From Chiloscyllium plagiosum (Eukaryota): 64,000 bases of DNA. The position numbers and the translations under genes were made by a program. How positions within the stretch are numbered: the stretch's first letter is position 1; the number at the start of each line of letters is the position of its first letter. Shown here one piece after another: positions 13,351 to 26,900 of this stretch. The notes beneath the pieces were generated by a model. That model saw only the letters and a list, made by a program, of their open reading frames with translations, was not told the DNA's origin and did not search any database. Location: the NCBI RefSeq assembly GCF_004010195.1, contig NC_057750.1, positions 2,672,112 to 2,736,111 of the forward strand, in the 5' to 3' direction.

Positions 13351-13689
13351 CTCTTCTCTTTTCAGTGTACTCTCTTCGTATTTGAGTGAAGGTAGTAGTA
13401 TTTGCTATATTCATCTTAACACTTTTAAAATTAAAATATGCAGAGTTAATGGAGAAAGATTCCTGCACAGATCTGTTGGATTTTGGAAGTGTTTCATTCC
13501 TGGGCATACTTTCGATTTATTTTGATTCTGCCACTAGTTGGTGCTGTTGTTTTGGAGCTTGTTTTGTACATTTCTGTATATTAATCAAAACAATTTCATT
13601 TAAATCAAAGGTTTCAGTACTTTTGTGAAAAGTGAAGTATTTTATAATGAAAGACAGTTGATGTTGAATATTTCTAGGTGTTTATTGCT

Positions 13690-14690
13690 TCGGCCAGTTT
13701 TGGAATACTGCATTCAACTCTGGCCTCCCCACTGTGGGATAGATGTTGTGAAACTTGTAGGATTCAGAAAAGATTGACAAGAATGTTGCCAGGGTTGGGG
13801 GGTTTGAGCTATGAGGAGAGGCTAGGACTGTTTTCCCTGGAGTGTCAGAGGCTGGGGAGTGACCTCATAGAGGTTTGTAAAATCATGGGGGGCATAGGTA
13901 GCATGAATAGTCAAGGGCTTTTCCCTAACGTAGAGGGGTCCAAGACTAGAGGGGATAGATGTGGAGGTGCTGGTGTTGGACTGGCTTGGACAAGGTCAAA
14001 AATCACATGGCACCAGGTTATAATCCAATGGGTTTATTTGAAAACACTAACTTTCGGAGCGCTGCTCTTTCATCTGGTGTTAGTGAGAGAGGAAGATCTT
14101 AGACACGAAATTTCTAAGGAAAAGATCAAAGTGTCAAACAACAAATTGACCACATAAGATGGTTCTTAAATCTTTAATCAGTTAGAATGGAGGTGCAAGT
14201 TTTGATTTAATATGCAAATCCTAAAATTTCTTTCAAGTCACTACCCTGAGACAATTTAAGGTGTTATCAATATGAAGGAGGTGACACCTCCAGTCAGACA
14301 ATGTGAGGTCTATTCTGGGGTCTGTCTTGAGTCTTTTATTTCCAAAGTATGAGTTTATAAAATGCCACATTGACTAACTGTCAATACATTGTGCTGTTTG
14401 AACAAAATAGAATAGGTTTAAAGTGAATGGAGAAAGATTATAATAAGGGACTGAAGTGGCAACTTCACAGAGTGTGTGGTACAGGTATGGAATGAGCTGC
14501 CAGAGGAAGTGGTGGAGACTGGTACAATTACAGCATTTAAAAGGCATTTGGATGGGTATATGAAAAGGAAGGGTTTAGAGGGATATGAGCCAAATGCTGT
14601 CGAATGGGGCTGGATTAATTTTGACTATCTGGTCAGCATGGATGAGTTGGACCAAAGGGTCTGTTTCTGTGCTGTACATCTCTGACACTC
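13690..14690 (+). mobile_element. CR1 LINE 3' fragment split by a PLE insertion
   Basis: RIQKRLTRMLPGL...LFSLE...KTRG before 13958, resuming at 14416 with FK...VWNELPEEVVE...FKRHLD. Confidence 0.85.
13959..14411 (-). mobile_element. PLE terminal fragment (family A-like), single arm
   Basis: GATGTGGAGGTGCTGGTGTTGGACTGG...CACCAGGTTATAATCC...CTTTCGGAGCGCTGCTC; ATAG at both junctions; hammerhead core mutated (CAGATGA). Confidence 0.7.
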
Positions 14691-16199
14691 TATGGGCCTT
14701 CACTTGTGGTGTCATCGTTGAGTTGAGGCAAATCTAAGAAACTTCACTTCATGAGAGGATATGAATTGGAAATGGGAGTGGGTCATTAGGCCCCTCGAAT
14801 TGCAGATTCCCATCTGCCCTTGATAACCAAAGGTTTTTATTTGGCAGGGAAATCAGCCTTCTTTGGTAAGATTATTCTTCGGGTGAAAAGGTGCAGTTCA
14901 GGTCAGTTCCCCTTTGCACAATTTTCAAGTCCACAAATTAGTTGATCCTCTGTACTGAGTTAACAGAATCGCAGACTGGAGGCTATTCAGCCAATCATGT
15001 CTGTACTAACTCTCCGAGAAGTTTGACCTGTTGCTGTTCTCCTGCCCTTTCCTATAAGCCTACGCTTTGGATTTATTTAAATCATTATCTAATGCCCTCT
15101 TGAGCAGCTCAGTTGAATCTGCCCCATTGAATATTCTTCATGGCTATGCACCCACAGCACCGTGGGGTAAGTAATACCAAATATTCATAATGCTCATGAG
15201 TGCAACAATTGCACCTCATTTCAGTCTGAAATTACCTCCTCACACTGGGACCACCTTTCTCATGGACTATAGCCAGGAGAAATGATCTCTCAGCATCTAC
15301 CCTGTCAAATGATATTGAGACTTGTATTGTTTCAGTATCATTGTGTAGTGCCTGTGAAGGGAAGGAATTTGTAGCTATTGAACACTTTTCACACATTCTG
15401 GTTTAGGGTAATTGACCGTCAATTGAGTACTTTTGAAGTGTGGTCACTGCTGTCAACAGTGCTTCACATCCAGACATTCTTCCTCTTTGGATCAGCATTG
15501 ATGTAGTAAAAGCAGAGTGTTGCTGGTAGTTCTCCACCAGCATGCTGGACGGAGAGAAAGTGAACCTTTCAGCTGATGACCATTTCATCAGGTCAACAAC
15601 CTGAAAACCTAATCTGCTTTTCTTGTCCTGCTGATGTTACCTACATTCTGACCTTTTCTAGTGTTTTCTATTTTTTTTAAATTTCAGATTTCCAACAGTC
15701 ATGGTATTTTATTTTGGTAATCACTGCAATTACTTAGTGTCTGACGTGTTGAGGCATCTGTTGACAGGACTGTGAAATGGTCAGCAGTTGTCTGTCTTGG
15801 AAAACAGTTGTCAATTCCAAGACAGGAATGTTCCTTTACTTTATTACAATAAGATGAGCGACTTAAGAGTTCAGTTCTTGAGGGATGGTGCTAGCTACGG
15901 GTGGTGTAGGTATAAATCACAGGACCAAGTGATAAAGCCCACGCAGTGCTCACTCTTGGGAACCTGATGCACTTTATTTTTTCCTGTCTCCTCCCCACTT
16001 CTCTTTGTCTACGTCTGTTCTATTTCTGACTCCCAATCCAGTGAAAACTTCCATTGCAACTTGTTATTAGTCACCTCCTCCTAGCTTGTGCTATCAGTAT
16101 AAAAAGTTTAAGTTCCTCTTACAAATGGTTTTTAAACTTGTGTTTACTTCATCTCTTGAATCTTCATCCCCAGGACATCCTTTGAATTGCATTCCCATT

Positions 16200-16600
16200 C
16201 AGCTGCCACCCCTACATTCCCTGCCCTGCACTGGCTCCTGATTCAGAAATGGCTCAGTTTTAAGAGTTGCAGACTTGTTTTCAAATATTTCCCATGTCCT
16301 TACTTGTCTTTATCTCTGTAATCTGTTCCCACCCTAAAACCGTCCAAAGTAACCATGATCTCTAGTGTTACTGTGACTTCAGTCACTACAATATTAATGG
16401 CCTTCGGATGCTTGGGGCCTGAGGTCTGGAGTTCCCTCTCTAAACTTCTCCACCATTTTTCCCTCCTTAAGAGGCTCCATAAAAGCTACCTGCGTTGACT
16501 GACTTCCTTCCTTGGTGTGCAATTTAATTCCATCACTTCTGGGAAGTGTCTTCAAAACCCTGCGATGGAAATGCAGGCTATTGCTGACATCGATGGAGAA
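16200..16600 (+). mobile_element. L2-like LINE 3' remnant
   Basis: LHWL...FK-type motif at ~16228-16265 and WSSL(P)/FK-like downstream sequence; a similar copy lies at ~52700-53450. Confidence 0.45.
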
Positions 16601-18439
16601 GCCACTGTTTTCACACATCATTGTTTGTGAAATGTAATTGAACTTAGCAGCTTAGCTTCCTCTTGCCAGAAATGTGGGTGCCCTTTAAGATTTAGAGTAC
16701 AGTAGGCAGTGGAGGTGGGAAGACTTTGCTCTCAGACCATGCTGTATGTGATCCAGCACTTACCTCTGTACAGCTGCATATTCAGGAGGTGTGTGTATTA
16801 GACCTGCACTTTACTATTCAATGCCAGTTCCCTGCCATAGCACAGACAAATAGGACCAGTTCAATTTGGGAAACCTGGTCAGCATGGACCAGTTGGGCTG
16901 AAGGGTCTGTTTCCATGTTTGTATGACTCTATCAATTAATCAGATGGAGTGCTTACCTTTCCAGTGTAATATTAGACATTTGACGTTGGATACAGCCTTT
17001 GCAAGTGCATTGTCCGTGTTAATAAAAAATGAGTCTTGATGGAATTCTGCAACAAAAACAGAAAACACTAACACTGTCCGCATTTGAGACTAAAGACGAA
17101 ACACATATCAGAATTCACTAACGCTGCATTTATACTCTCCATGTTTTCTTTGTTAAAAATTGTGAGTATTGAAAAACTCGATAGGACTCTAGGGTAAACT
17201 GCACAGCAAAGATCTTTCCTGAATGTACTCCCAATTAGTACAGCACAGTTCCAATTCCCACATAAAGTGTATAATTACAATAACTTTCCTTTCAGTCTGT
17301 GCTGAGAAATTGGATTCCTTGGAATTTCAATATGCATGGGCTGTAGTTTGCTCAGAAGAAGCTTCCTCCATTATGAACCAACTTGTGTTCCATATTTGGG
17401 GTAATTTGCATATGGAAATTTGGTATTAAATGACTTTTTAAAGCAATGTTTGGAAGAAAGTAGCTCCAATGAAAACTAAAGGTCTACAGACTTGAAATAA
17501 AAGCTATGCTGTGATGTTTACAACACAACATCAGATTGAGAGATTAAAACGTTGACCTAAATAGCAAACAACAAAGCTCATAACAGCCATGTGAGCTCAG
17601 ATTAGGTTACAGGCTTGTAGCCATTCCCTGATCTGTTTATCACAAGAGCTGACTTTAAATTTTGGGAGGGAGTTCTATCCTTGTCTGATTTTTGAACCAT
17701 CCGTGATAGTGTAGGTGTTACTTGCCCCTTTCTCCCATTTTTTAATCATCAAAAGTTAGCACATTTCAAAGAGAGCTTAGCAATCATTGCCATAAATATT
17801 GACTACAGGTGATTACTGAATGTGCATTACCCAACTTCCAAGTTGGACAGAAAAATAAACAAACAATCTCATTGAGAGGTTCAGGTAATGTCCTAAGCAC
17901 TCGAGAGAAGCTCAGGTTTCTGAGATTAGAGGCAGGAAATTAATCTGTGCATTTTCATTTTATTTCTTTTTCCTACTGGCAATATTGCAGGAGCTGCCAG
18001 TAGCCTGTACTCCAGAATGAATGACCGAAAAGAATAGAGGTCAGGTAATTAATAGATTCTTAGCAAATCAGTAGGTAGAATGTTTAGGAGTGTCAAAGAT
18101 TACAGCCCAGCTGAGAATGTCTGTGTGGGGAAGCTTTAAGTTTGTTTGTTGCTTTCCCCTTCAGAAGTGTTGGCCATCCATTTTAATTCTTGAATGGAAT
18201 GTGACTGGTGTTGGTGAGGCTGCCGTCCCTCTTGTCCATCTCTGGTGGTCCTTGAGAGAGTGATGACGAGCCACTTTCTTCAGCCACAGCAGTCCATGTG
18301 GTATAGGTACTCCCATGCTTTTAGAGAGGAAGTGTCAAAATTTTTGACCCAGTGAAATAAAGCATGTGTGGCTTGGAGAGGTTCTTGCAGGTGGTGATCT
18401 TCATGTATGTCTGCTGCCCCAGTTCTTGGTTATAAGAGT

Positions 18440-19000
18440 TATCAAACGCAACGGCAAACTGTCCTTCATACTGCAGCTATACAAAACTCTGGTGCTGGCA
18501 CACTGAGTATTGCGTACAGTTCTGGTCACTGCACTATAGTTGTGGAAGCTTTAGAAAGGGTTCAGAGGAGATTTACTAGGATTTTGCCTGATATGGAGGG
18601 AAGGCCCTATGAGGAAAGGCTGGGACACTTCAGGCTGTTTTTGTTTGAGAGAAGCAACTTACTTGAGACGTATTAGTTACTCAGAGGGTTAGATAGGGAG
18701 GACAGTGAGAGCCTTTTTCCTCAAATGGTGATGGCTAGCACAAGGGGATATAGCTTTAAATTGAGGGGTGATTGATATAGGACAAATGTCAGAAGTCTCT
18801 TTACTCAGAGTAGTAGATCCATGGAATGCCCTGCCTGCAACAGTAGTAGACTCGCCAAATTTAAGGGCATTTAAATGGTCTTTGGATAAACATATGGATG
18901 AAAATGGAAGTGTAGGATAGATGGGCTTCAGATTGGTTCCACAGGTCTGGCAACGTCAAGGGCTGAAGGGCCTGTACTGCGCTGGAATGTTCCATGTTCA
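18440..19000 (+). mobile_element. CR1 LINE 3' end
   Basis: CVQFWS, ALERVQRRFTRILP, WNALPA; near-collinear with 58890-59458. Confidence 0.88.
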
Positions 19001-19267
19001 TCTCTGTCGAGATCTGCAAACTCAACAAAAACCCGCAGTGTTTCTACTCACTGCTGTTCAGTTATGAACCAAAGTTTTGAACCACTTTCCTTATGCGATG
19101 TAGGCTTTGAGATTTCCGGACAGTGGAAACAATGATAAGACTACACTGTGACTTCTGAATTGTAAATTTAACCCTAGATCAGAACATTATTTCTCTTCAA
19201 TTGTGGAACCTTCTTTTCAGTGTACCTCAGTGAGAAGATGGAAGTGTCTCCTGGCACGCAAGCGTTT

Positions 19268-19580
19268 GGGCGGCTCAGTGGTTAGCACTGCTACCTCGCA
19301 GCACCAGGGACCCGGGTTCAATTCCAGCCTTGGGAACTATCTGTGTGAGTTGGCACATTCTCCCCGTGTCTGCATGGGTTGCCTCCCACAATCCAAAGAT
19401 TTGCAGGTTAGGGTGGATTGGCCAGGCTAAATTGCCCATGTGTAGGGTAGGTGCATTAGTCAGGGGTAGATGTAGAGTAATAGGGGAGGGGAATGGGTCT
19501 GGGTGGGTTACTCCTTCGGAGGGTCAGTGTAGACTTGTTGGGCCGGAAGGCCTGTTTCCACACTCTAGGGATTCTATGAT
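19268..19580 (+). mobile_element. HE1-type SINE
   Basis: GGCTCAGTGGTTAGCACTGC, GGTTCAATTCC, GATTCTATGA tail. Confidence 0.9.
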
Positions 19581-19689
19581 GGGCATTGCTCGTAATTTAT
19601 TACAACTTAGCGGCAAATAATGTTACAAATGTTTATGCAGTAAAGGTCTATCTTTCTGCTCCTTAACTCCTTCCAGGGGACAAGCAACT

Positions 19690-20540
19690 GAACTGACCAA
19701 ATGATCCCAACAGTATGAATTGCAAAACAACTACATTTTATGTAGCACCTTATGACCTCCCAAGGTAATTGGTTGGAGTGTTTCTTGATCTGCTGCAGTC
19801 TGTGTGGTGTATGTACACTCAGTGCTATGAGACAGGAAGTTCTGGATTTTGACTGAGCAACTGAGAAGAAATGGTAGTATCGTTCCAGATCAGGATCGTG
19901 AGGGCATGGATGGGAACTTGCAGGTGGTGGTGTTCCATTGTATCCGCTGCCCTTGCCCTTCGAAATGGCAGTGGCCGCATGTTTGGTTGATGTTTTCAAA
20001 AGAGCTGTGAGTATCTGCAGTGCATCTTGTAGGTGATACCCAGTGCTGTGTTTATACAGGTAAAAGGAGTGAATGATTAAGCTGGCGGAAGTCGTATCAT
20101 TCCAGTAGGCTGCTTTTTTTTCCCCTGGATATTGTCAAGCTTCTCGATCGTTGGAGCTGCTCCCATCCAAACAAATAGTGTATTCCATCACATTCCTGAC
20201 CTGTGACTTGTAGATGGTAGATAAAGTCACAGGTCATGGTACACCACATATAGTGCAGCAAGTTTATGTGAAATCACAAGCGCTCCAAAAGCTTGTGATT
20301 TTAAACAAACCTGTTGGACTATAACCTGGTGTCATGTGACTTTGTCCTCCCCAGTCCAGCACTGGCACCTCCACATTGTAGACGGTGGACAAGCATTGGG
20401 GAGTTCAGTTAATTGTTGCAGAATTCCAAGCCGCTGACTTGCTTGTGCAGCCACACTATTTATTGTACCTGATCCAATTCAGTTTCCGATCAGCAGTAAG
20501 CTGCAGAACATTATTGGGGGATTCAGCAATGCTAATGCTA
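19690..20540 (-). mobile_element. Old CR1/L2-group LINE 3' fragment
   Basis: Reverse complement of the family at 560-1410 and 57225-57465 (CTGCAG...TTCAAG, CCCATCCCTCAC-type segments). Confidence 0.55.
20225..20375. mobile_element. Fold-back PLE-derived insertion, family A variant
   Basis: CCTGTTGGACTATAACCTGGTGTC arm plus decayed inverse; 17-bp TSD with 3 mismatches at 20208-20224 / 20376-20392. Confidence 0.75.
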
Positions 20541-20732
20541 TTGACTGCTATGTCTTAATTTCTTTACTAAAGTTTCTTAATAAAACTTGTTTTGTTTCAG
20601 TGGCTGTGTGGGTGTGACTATGGGAAGGAAGGTGTTATAGTTACAGTTCAGGTTCTGTTGAAGTTAAAGCATTGAACCTTTCTCTAAAATGCTGAATGAC
20701 GTATTGCTTCTGTCCAATTTCTTAAAAGTTTA

Positions 20733-20801
20733 CTCGCTCTCGCGTGCTTTCTCTCGCTCTCTCGTGCGCTTTCTCTCGCTCTCGTGTGCACTTTCTCTCT
20801 C
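20733..20801. repeat. (CTCTCG/CTCGTG) degenerate microsatellite
   Basis: Three approximately 20-nt imperfect units. Confidence 0.7.
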
Positions 20802-21969
20802 GTCGAAATTGTTACTGCAAGAACATTATGTTATCTTACAATTAAATCCCCTCCCTGAATTGTTAAACTTTCTAACTAATCCGAGCAGATCAGATAATCA
20901 TGAGTTTGTGATAACTTTAAAGACATTAGATAATGGCTTGCTATTTTTAACTTCCATTAATGAATTTCCCAGCCAGAGATCATGACATAGTCACTCTAGT
21001 GGTTATAAATGTGGCTTATGTTATGAATGTTAATAGATATTGTGGTAATTAGATTTGACAAAGAATATTTTAGTACTCTGATGGAAGGTTAATCAATGGT
21101 ATAACAACCGACTCAGTTGCTGAAGGTAGCATGTTGTCAGTTGCCATACCTCATTGGGGTAAGTGCTGGAAGTCAAATCCTGCTATTCTTGGAATTATCA
21201 CAAAAGCTAAAGATATTATCAGAATTACTCAATCTCCCAGATTCTCCTTTCTCTCAAGACACAGTTTAATAGCATGGACTGGGTTTTCGTACCTAGCAAG
21301 AACTAATATTTGTTACAAATGAAAGATTTTTGCTGCAGATAAACAGGTAGAAACAATTGACATATAACTGTACCAGTTAAAACTCTCGCCTTGTTATAAA
21401 ACTTCCCCTACGTGTACACAAACAAACATTACCAAAAATATTAGTGTTATGCATGAAGGAGAACTAGCAAGGCAGTTCAATGGTCACTATCTATACCGTT
21501 TGCAGAACTGATTCTATTGGCTTGTCAGGGCTTGTTGCTCCTTGATCCCCCCTCATTGGCTACCTTCACTTGCTTTCAGGAGGCACAGAGTGATGGATTC
21601 ACAGCTTATAAAGTCTCTGACATTGTTTTGAAGCAGCAGCTGGTCAGGGAAAATAAGCTGCCTTTCTTCAGGCTTTAATTTCTTTAGAAGTGAAACACAG
21701 GTACCACTTCCCTTTCCAGCAGTCCTAGGGCTACTGGCTGTTTCTTTCACACCTATATGCTGTTCAGCCACCTGGGAGCCAACCTCTCTATTTTGACAGG
21801 TAAAGGACCTTTGTCATCAACAATTGGTCACCACTCCACGGACCAATCAGTTATTTGTTGCCAGTCAAACAAATATGTATACGCCCCTTGGCTCTAGCTC
21901 ATCTGCAGTAACCCACCCCCACTGCTTAACCAAGCAACAGTGTGAATAGAACTTACAATAAGTGTTGGC

Positions 21970-22176
21970 ACAGAAACAGAAATTGCTGGAAAAGCTCAGC
22001 AGGTTTGGCAGCATCTGTGGACAGAAAAATCAGAGTTAACATTTCAGGTCAACTGACCCTTCCTCTCAAAACGTTAACACTGATTCTCTCCACACATGCT
22101 GTCAGACCTGCTGAGCTTTTCCAGCAATTTGTGTTTTTGTTTCTGATTTACAGCATTTGCAGTTCTTTTGGTTTTT
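21970..22176. mobile_element. Fold-back PLE-derived insertion, family C
   Basis: AAATTGCTGGAAAAGCTCAGCAGG...CAGAGTTAAC and inverse; centre has a decayed GGTCA-stem/AAAACGTTAAC hammerhead-like motif; AATAAGT near both ends. Confidence 0.75.
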
Positions 22177-23610
22177 AATAAGTTTTAGCAACTTGCTTTT
22201 AAAAATTACAGCATCGATTCCACAGTACTTGTTCTTTTTAATTCAAACAGTTTTTCCCATTTCAGTCCATAATCAAAAATACAGAAATTTTTTTTAAAAA
22301 TGGCCTTTACACAGTGAACAATTTTTTTTTGACAATTTAAGTGATCTACTGCCTTTGTTTTCGAAGTCCCTTGTTTCAGAAGGGCTAGAAAGTGACGGTT
22401 CTGATTCACATTTGCATTTTTGGGCACAAATTTAATCAAACTAGATTCAAACAGTGAAAATAAAGCTAGTTGTCACAGTCCAATTAAACATTGATTTTTG
22501 TGCAATATGTTTTATTTCTTTCAAAGCATGAAGTCAATAAAATTAGTTGATCCAGGTGTGGATATGATAGATGCTAAATAAATGCTCTGGCAATACTTAA
22601 CATGACTGCTTGAGCTCAAAGCCAGCCTTCAGCTTCACCGTTCTACATTGCTCTGTCCAAAGTCAGTGTTACCAGGGTGACCTTGAAAATGCGTTTGAAA
22701 AGTTTGGGGCCTCCCACTTGTGTAAATCCAATCTTGCAGGTCATGCCCTATCTTGTTCTACAAGCAGAGAAACTAGTGCGTTGAACCATGACTGTTCTAC
22801 CTCAACATAGGCATGTTGCATGCTTGAACACTTAGATGGATGTTGCTTGTGTGAATGCCCTTTTACTAATTGTTGCTATGAGTGCAGCTTTGATTATTGT
22901 GAGTGTTTAGCCCAAGTGTCTTTTCTCGCACTTTGGCCAGAATTACTGAAGCCCAATTTCTGATCACTGGGCAGAAAACTGATGATAAACTCCTGGTATC
23001 GGGTGTGGGGAATGTCCAACAGAACAGCTGCTAGAGGCACACCATTGCTATGATTTAAGAATGTTGACAGTAAAACACACACTCTCCTGTCAAAAGCTGC
23101 TGACCCACTCAGAGCCTAACAGGTCACCAGTAGTACCAATGGAAATTGGAGTAGTGGCTTTTGGTGGGAATGCAGCCAACAGAGGCATGTGATTAATGTA
23201 TTACTCACAGATTTGTGTAAACGCACGCACACACACCACGCTCCACCCCCCCCCCCAACCCCCAAAGATAAGGATGAGCTGGGGTTTACAGGAAGGGCTA
23301 GGAGGTAACAGGGGTCGCTCTTGCTCTCGCTCTCGCTCTCGCTCTCACTCTCTCTCACCTTCTGTCCAATGCTAGGACCCTGGTGATGAATCCTTTCCCC
23401 CACAGAAGCCACTGGCATACCTGAGGCTTCACTGGAGAGCCTTCTGTGGGCTTAGAAATGACATTAGAGTCCCATTTCGCCCCAGAGGCACCATTAAATT
23501 GGGGTGTATCCTGGGATAATGGGTATCAGTTGGCTTATTAATGAGAAAATTCAGTGTACTTGTGTTCATTCGAGTGCTAATTTTTATATTGCTTTTTTAC
23601 CTCTGTCCAG

Positions 23611-23716
23611 ACAGTGCATTTTTGCCACCTTAAGGAGGCACTGGAAGTAGATTGGAGCAGCGAAAAGGCAAAGACGTGTCTGAAACGCACCCCAAGTGAT
23701 TATTTTCTTCTGCAAG
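23611..23716 (+). CDS. SAE1: Internal coding exon of SUMO-activating enzyme subunit 1 (probably exon 6)
   Basis: Branch-point-like CTAAT (23577-23581), pyrimidine tract and CAG acceptor (ends 23610), GTAACA donor at 23717. The 106 bp read TVHFCHLKEALEVDWSSEKAKTCLKRTPSDYFLLQ plus 1 nt, matching my recollection of vertebrate SAE1 KVVFCPVKEALEVDWSSEKAKAALKRTTSDYFLLQ. Exon number is from memory. Confidence 0.93.
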
Positions 23717-23802
23717 GTAACAGAGCAACACATTGTGCATGTGCGCATGGTGTAGCTATTCGTGGGTTTTATATCAGAAGTGCTTTGAGTTTAGAATAAT
23801 TT

Positions 23803-23918
23803 AGGGAGGAAGTGAGCACTGCACATACTGGACATCGGAGTGGAAAAGCACAGCAGGTCAGGCAGCATCCCAGGAGCAGGAGACTCGACGTTTCAAGCAT
23901 ATGCTCTTCATCAGGAAT
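23803..23918 (-). mobile_element. Family B PLE terminus with intact hammerhead core (23887-23914)
   Basis: Minus strand CTGATGA-A-GAGC-ATAT-GCTT-GAAA-C-GTC; about 90 nt downstream of the SAE1 exon. Confidence 0.75.
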
Positions 23919-26900
23919 ACTGTACACTACCCTCTACTCTCTCTCTTTGACTCCTGGCACTCCCTCTCTAACCTGCTCCAACTGTGATTTATCGTTATTT
24001 TTGTTCATTTTGGGGCTGCTGACGACCATGGATTAGCCATACTTGTTGCCCCAGTTATTCATTTTTGTTTAAGCAACTTGAGTGACTTGCTTGCCTGCTT
24101 CAGAGATCATGAATCAATTGCCCAATATGGGTTAAAGTTAATGTAGGATGCATTGGTCTCCACCGACCCACTGCTTGGAGTTTTTATGCAACACTCTGGG
24201 GTGGGGCAGCATTAGGATCAGCTGTGACCTCCTTTGCAGTCTGTTCACCCACTCAGACGTAGACAATCTTGAATCTCGTGGGAATAAAGACATTGACAGT
24301 ATCCAGTTTTTGCAGAACCTTGCATCGGAAAGAATCAATGAATTAGAAATAAGGGGTGAGCAAAAATAAGTTGTGCACTTTCGACACTTAATTTTAAAAC
24401 TTAGATGATTGTCCAGTTCCCTTAACTGTTTCATACTATCAGGAAAAGAAGTTAAGAATAAATCGTGCATAGAAGCTCATTCTGCAGTTGCTGCTGGTTG
24501 ATATTGAAGATTTATGGCATTATTTGCTGCATGATTGTAATATACTTTTAATTGGGAAAGCAGCCAAGCTAATATCATTGAACGTATATTTATCTGTCTA
24601 TCACACTTTCTCAATCTTTCACTCTCTCTCCATCTTGCCTGTTCTTTTTCCAAATGTTTTTCCAACCCATGGCTTCTGGAATGAGCAGAAAGACACAACT
24701 ACTGTTAAAATAACTGAGGGATGTCAGGTCATTAAAATGGATGCTGTCACCTTATTTCTCAGAGAGAGTGTTTTGCATCACTTAAGTGTTAAGACTTGAA
24801 ATAGAGCAAGAGCAGCATTTTTTTTCCTCTTTGCCACAAAAAGTCAAGGTATGACTGCCATTGGTAGTTGAAACAGATTACTTTGGCAATGAATATTTGC
24901 CAGGTTATGTAGTACTTTAGAGGTGGGAAGAAAGATTTAAGGATGATGTCTTATCTTTGTGAGGAAGACTCATCATCACAGACTTGGGACAAAGTGACCA
25001 TTTTTCATGTTTTAATGCTGGTACAGTGCTCCACTGAGGATCTGTGGCAGCTGGGAACACTCCACTTACACTGCAAGTTGTGAAACCTCCAGTATTTAAT
25101 GACAGTGTGAGAGCTTTGCAGGAATATGTAAGGGACCTGATGAGCTTTCATTGATGCCATTGCTGGAGTTGTGCCTCATTTGAAATGGAAGCCAGGCAGA
25201 ATGAGCTCCATTTGCTGCAGAAGCACTCAGTGCTGCATCATATCGGGATGAGTCTGGAGTTGTACAGTCACTGTTGCATTGTATGGTTATCACAAAGAGA
25301 TAGAAGGGTGAGAAAATCAATTAAGTCCATTGTGTCCAACCAGAGGTGCTGGTTGAGACACCCGCATTAGGGCATTTATGGATTTTTAACATACAAATTA
25401 GCAAGATTTCTCTGCATTGATGAGAGGCAAATGCTGGAATATGTGGTTGCTCAGACCTCATTACTGATGTCTCGCAACTTTTCCCTTACAATCAAAAATA
25501 TCCTCTTCTTTTAGTGCTTGTCTCATAATATGTCAATATGTGGCAGCTCTGGACTTGACATGTCCCTGAAACTAATTCAATTGTTTTTTGGAAGAAATAG
25601 TTTCTCAACCTCTGACCAAGTTGTTCAGGCATTGTACAGGGGAGTTGCTCATGTAGCATCAACACGAGGTGACACCCAGCATCTCCACTATTCGTGCAGC
25701 AGGGGGTGGGGAAGAAAAGAACATGCTACAGTCAAGCCAACACCAATGATAGAGAGTTAACTTACGACATCATTTATGGTTCCAAGCTCATGGACTAAAA
25801 AGTAAGACCTTTGGATTGAAAAGCACTCCTCACTTCCCTGGGGCATTTCTAAAGCAATCTCAGCTGAGGAAGTCATTTTGTAATGTCAGCAGTTTTCCCA
25901 GAAGATTATTTCCTGGCAAATACTTGTTGACAGACTTTGTGTTTGTTTGTGTGTGTTATATCCATACTGGTCTCCAGCTACGTTTTTGTATGGAATTGAT
26001 GACAATCTGAATAGGCTAAGTCTTAGCACTTGAGATAAGGCTGACATAGGTAGATCCTTGATAAAGAAGGGAGAGAAGGTGGATAGACATGAGTTTGGAG
26101 TTGAGACCAGAATCCAATCAACCATGACCTTGTTGAATATCCAAGCAACTCAAGGGACTGAATGATCTGCTCTTCCTAATTCAAGTATCTGCATACTTAT
26201 CTGGGGGGGAGAAAAAAAGTCAAATTTGTGTAATTAAGCAGCCTCCTAGCTTTGGCCTGCACAATCCTTTAAAATTAAATTGTATATTCAGAATGCAAAG
26301 AGAGGTTAAGATTTTTTTAGCAGAAGGTTAAGGCAAGAAATGCTTTGTTACAGGAAGTGGTTCAAGTCGAGACAAGTCAGTGGGCCTTTAAGGGAAAATT
26401 AGCTCAATTTCATCGATGCACGAAAGGCCACAAAGATATGGAGCAAGAATATCAATACTTGTATATTACTTTCGCAAAGAACCAGCACAGATTTAATGGG
26501 ACAAACGGCCATATTCTACAATGCTCACCACCACCTTCTCAAGGGCAACCAGGGAGGGGTTCAACAAATGCTGGGCAGCCAGTAACCACAGTAGCAATTT
26601 TTTTTTTAAATAAGTTACTATCTGCACCTTTTCTGCATCTGTCTTTCCCTACTTTTTTCTTATTGAGTAATTGTGCCAGAAGTGTGTCTTTTTTGCTTTT
26701 AAGCACTATTTTGTTCAAAATGCAAATATTGCCTTTATTTTCAACTGGCTCTTTAAGAATCCACCATAAATAAACTGAGGCCCAATTTCCTGCTGCGACA
26801 TTTTGTATTTCCTTTGTCCATGGTGCTTGGTTACTCAGCTGCTTCGAGGCTGCAGACAGTGTTCCCACTATCCCACCTGCTTCAGCATAACATCGCTGCT

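Noticed and set aside
22950..23505. Possible MITE bounded by GCCCAATTT / AAATTGGGG
   Set aside because: Inverted match too short and single-copy in this window.
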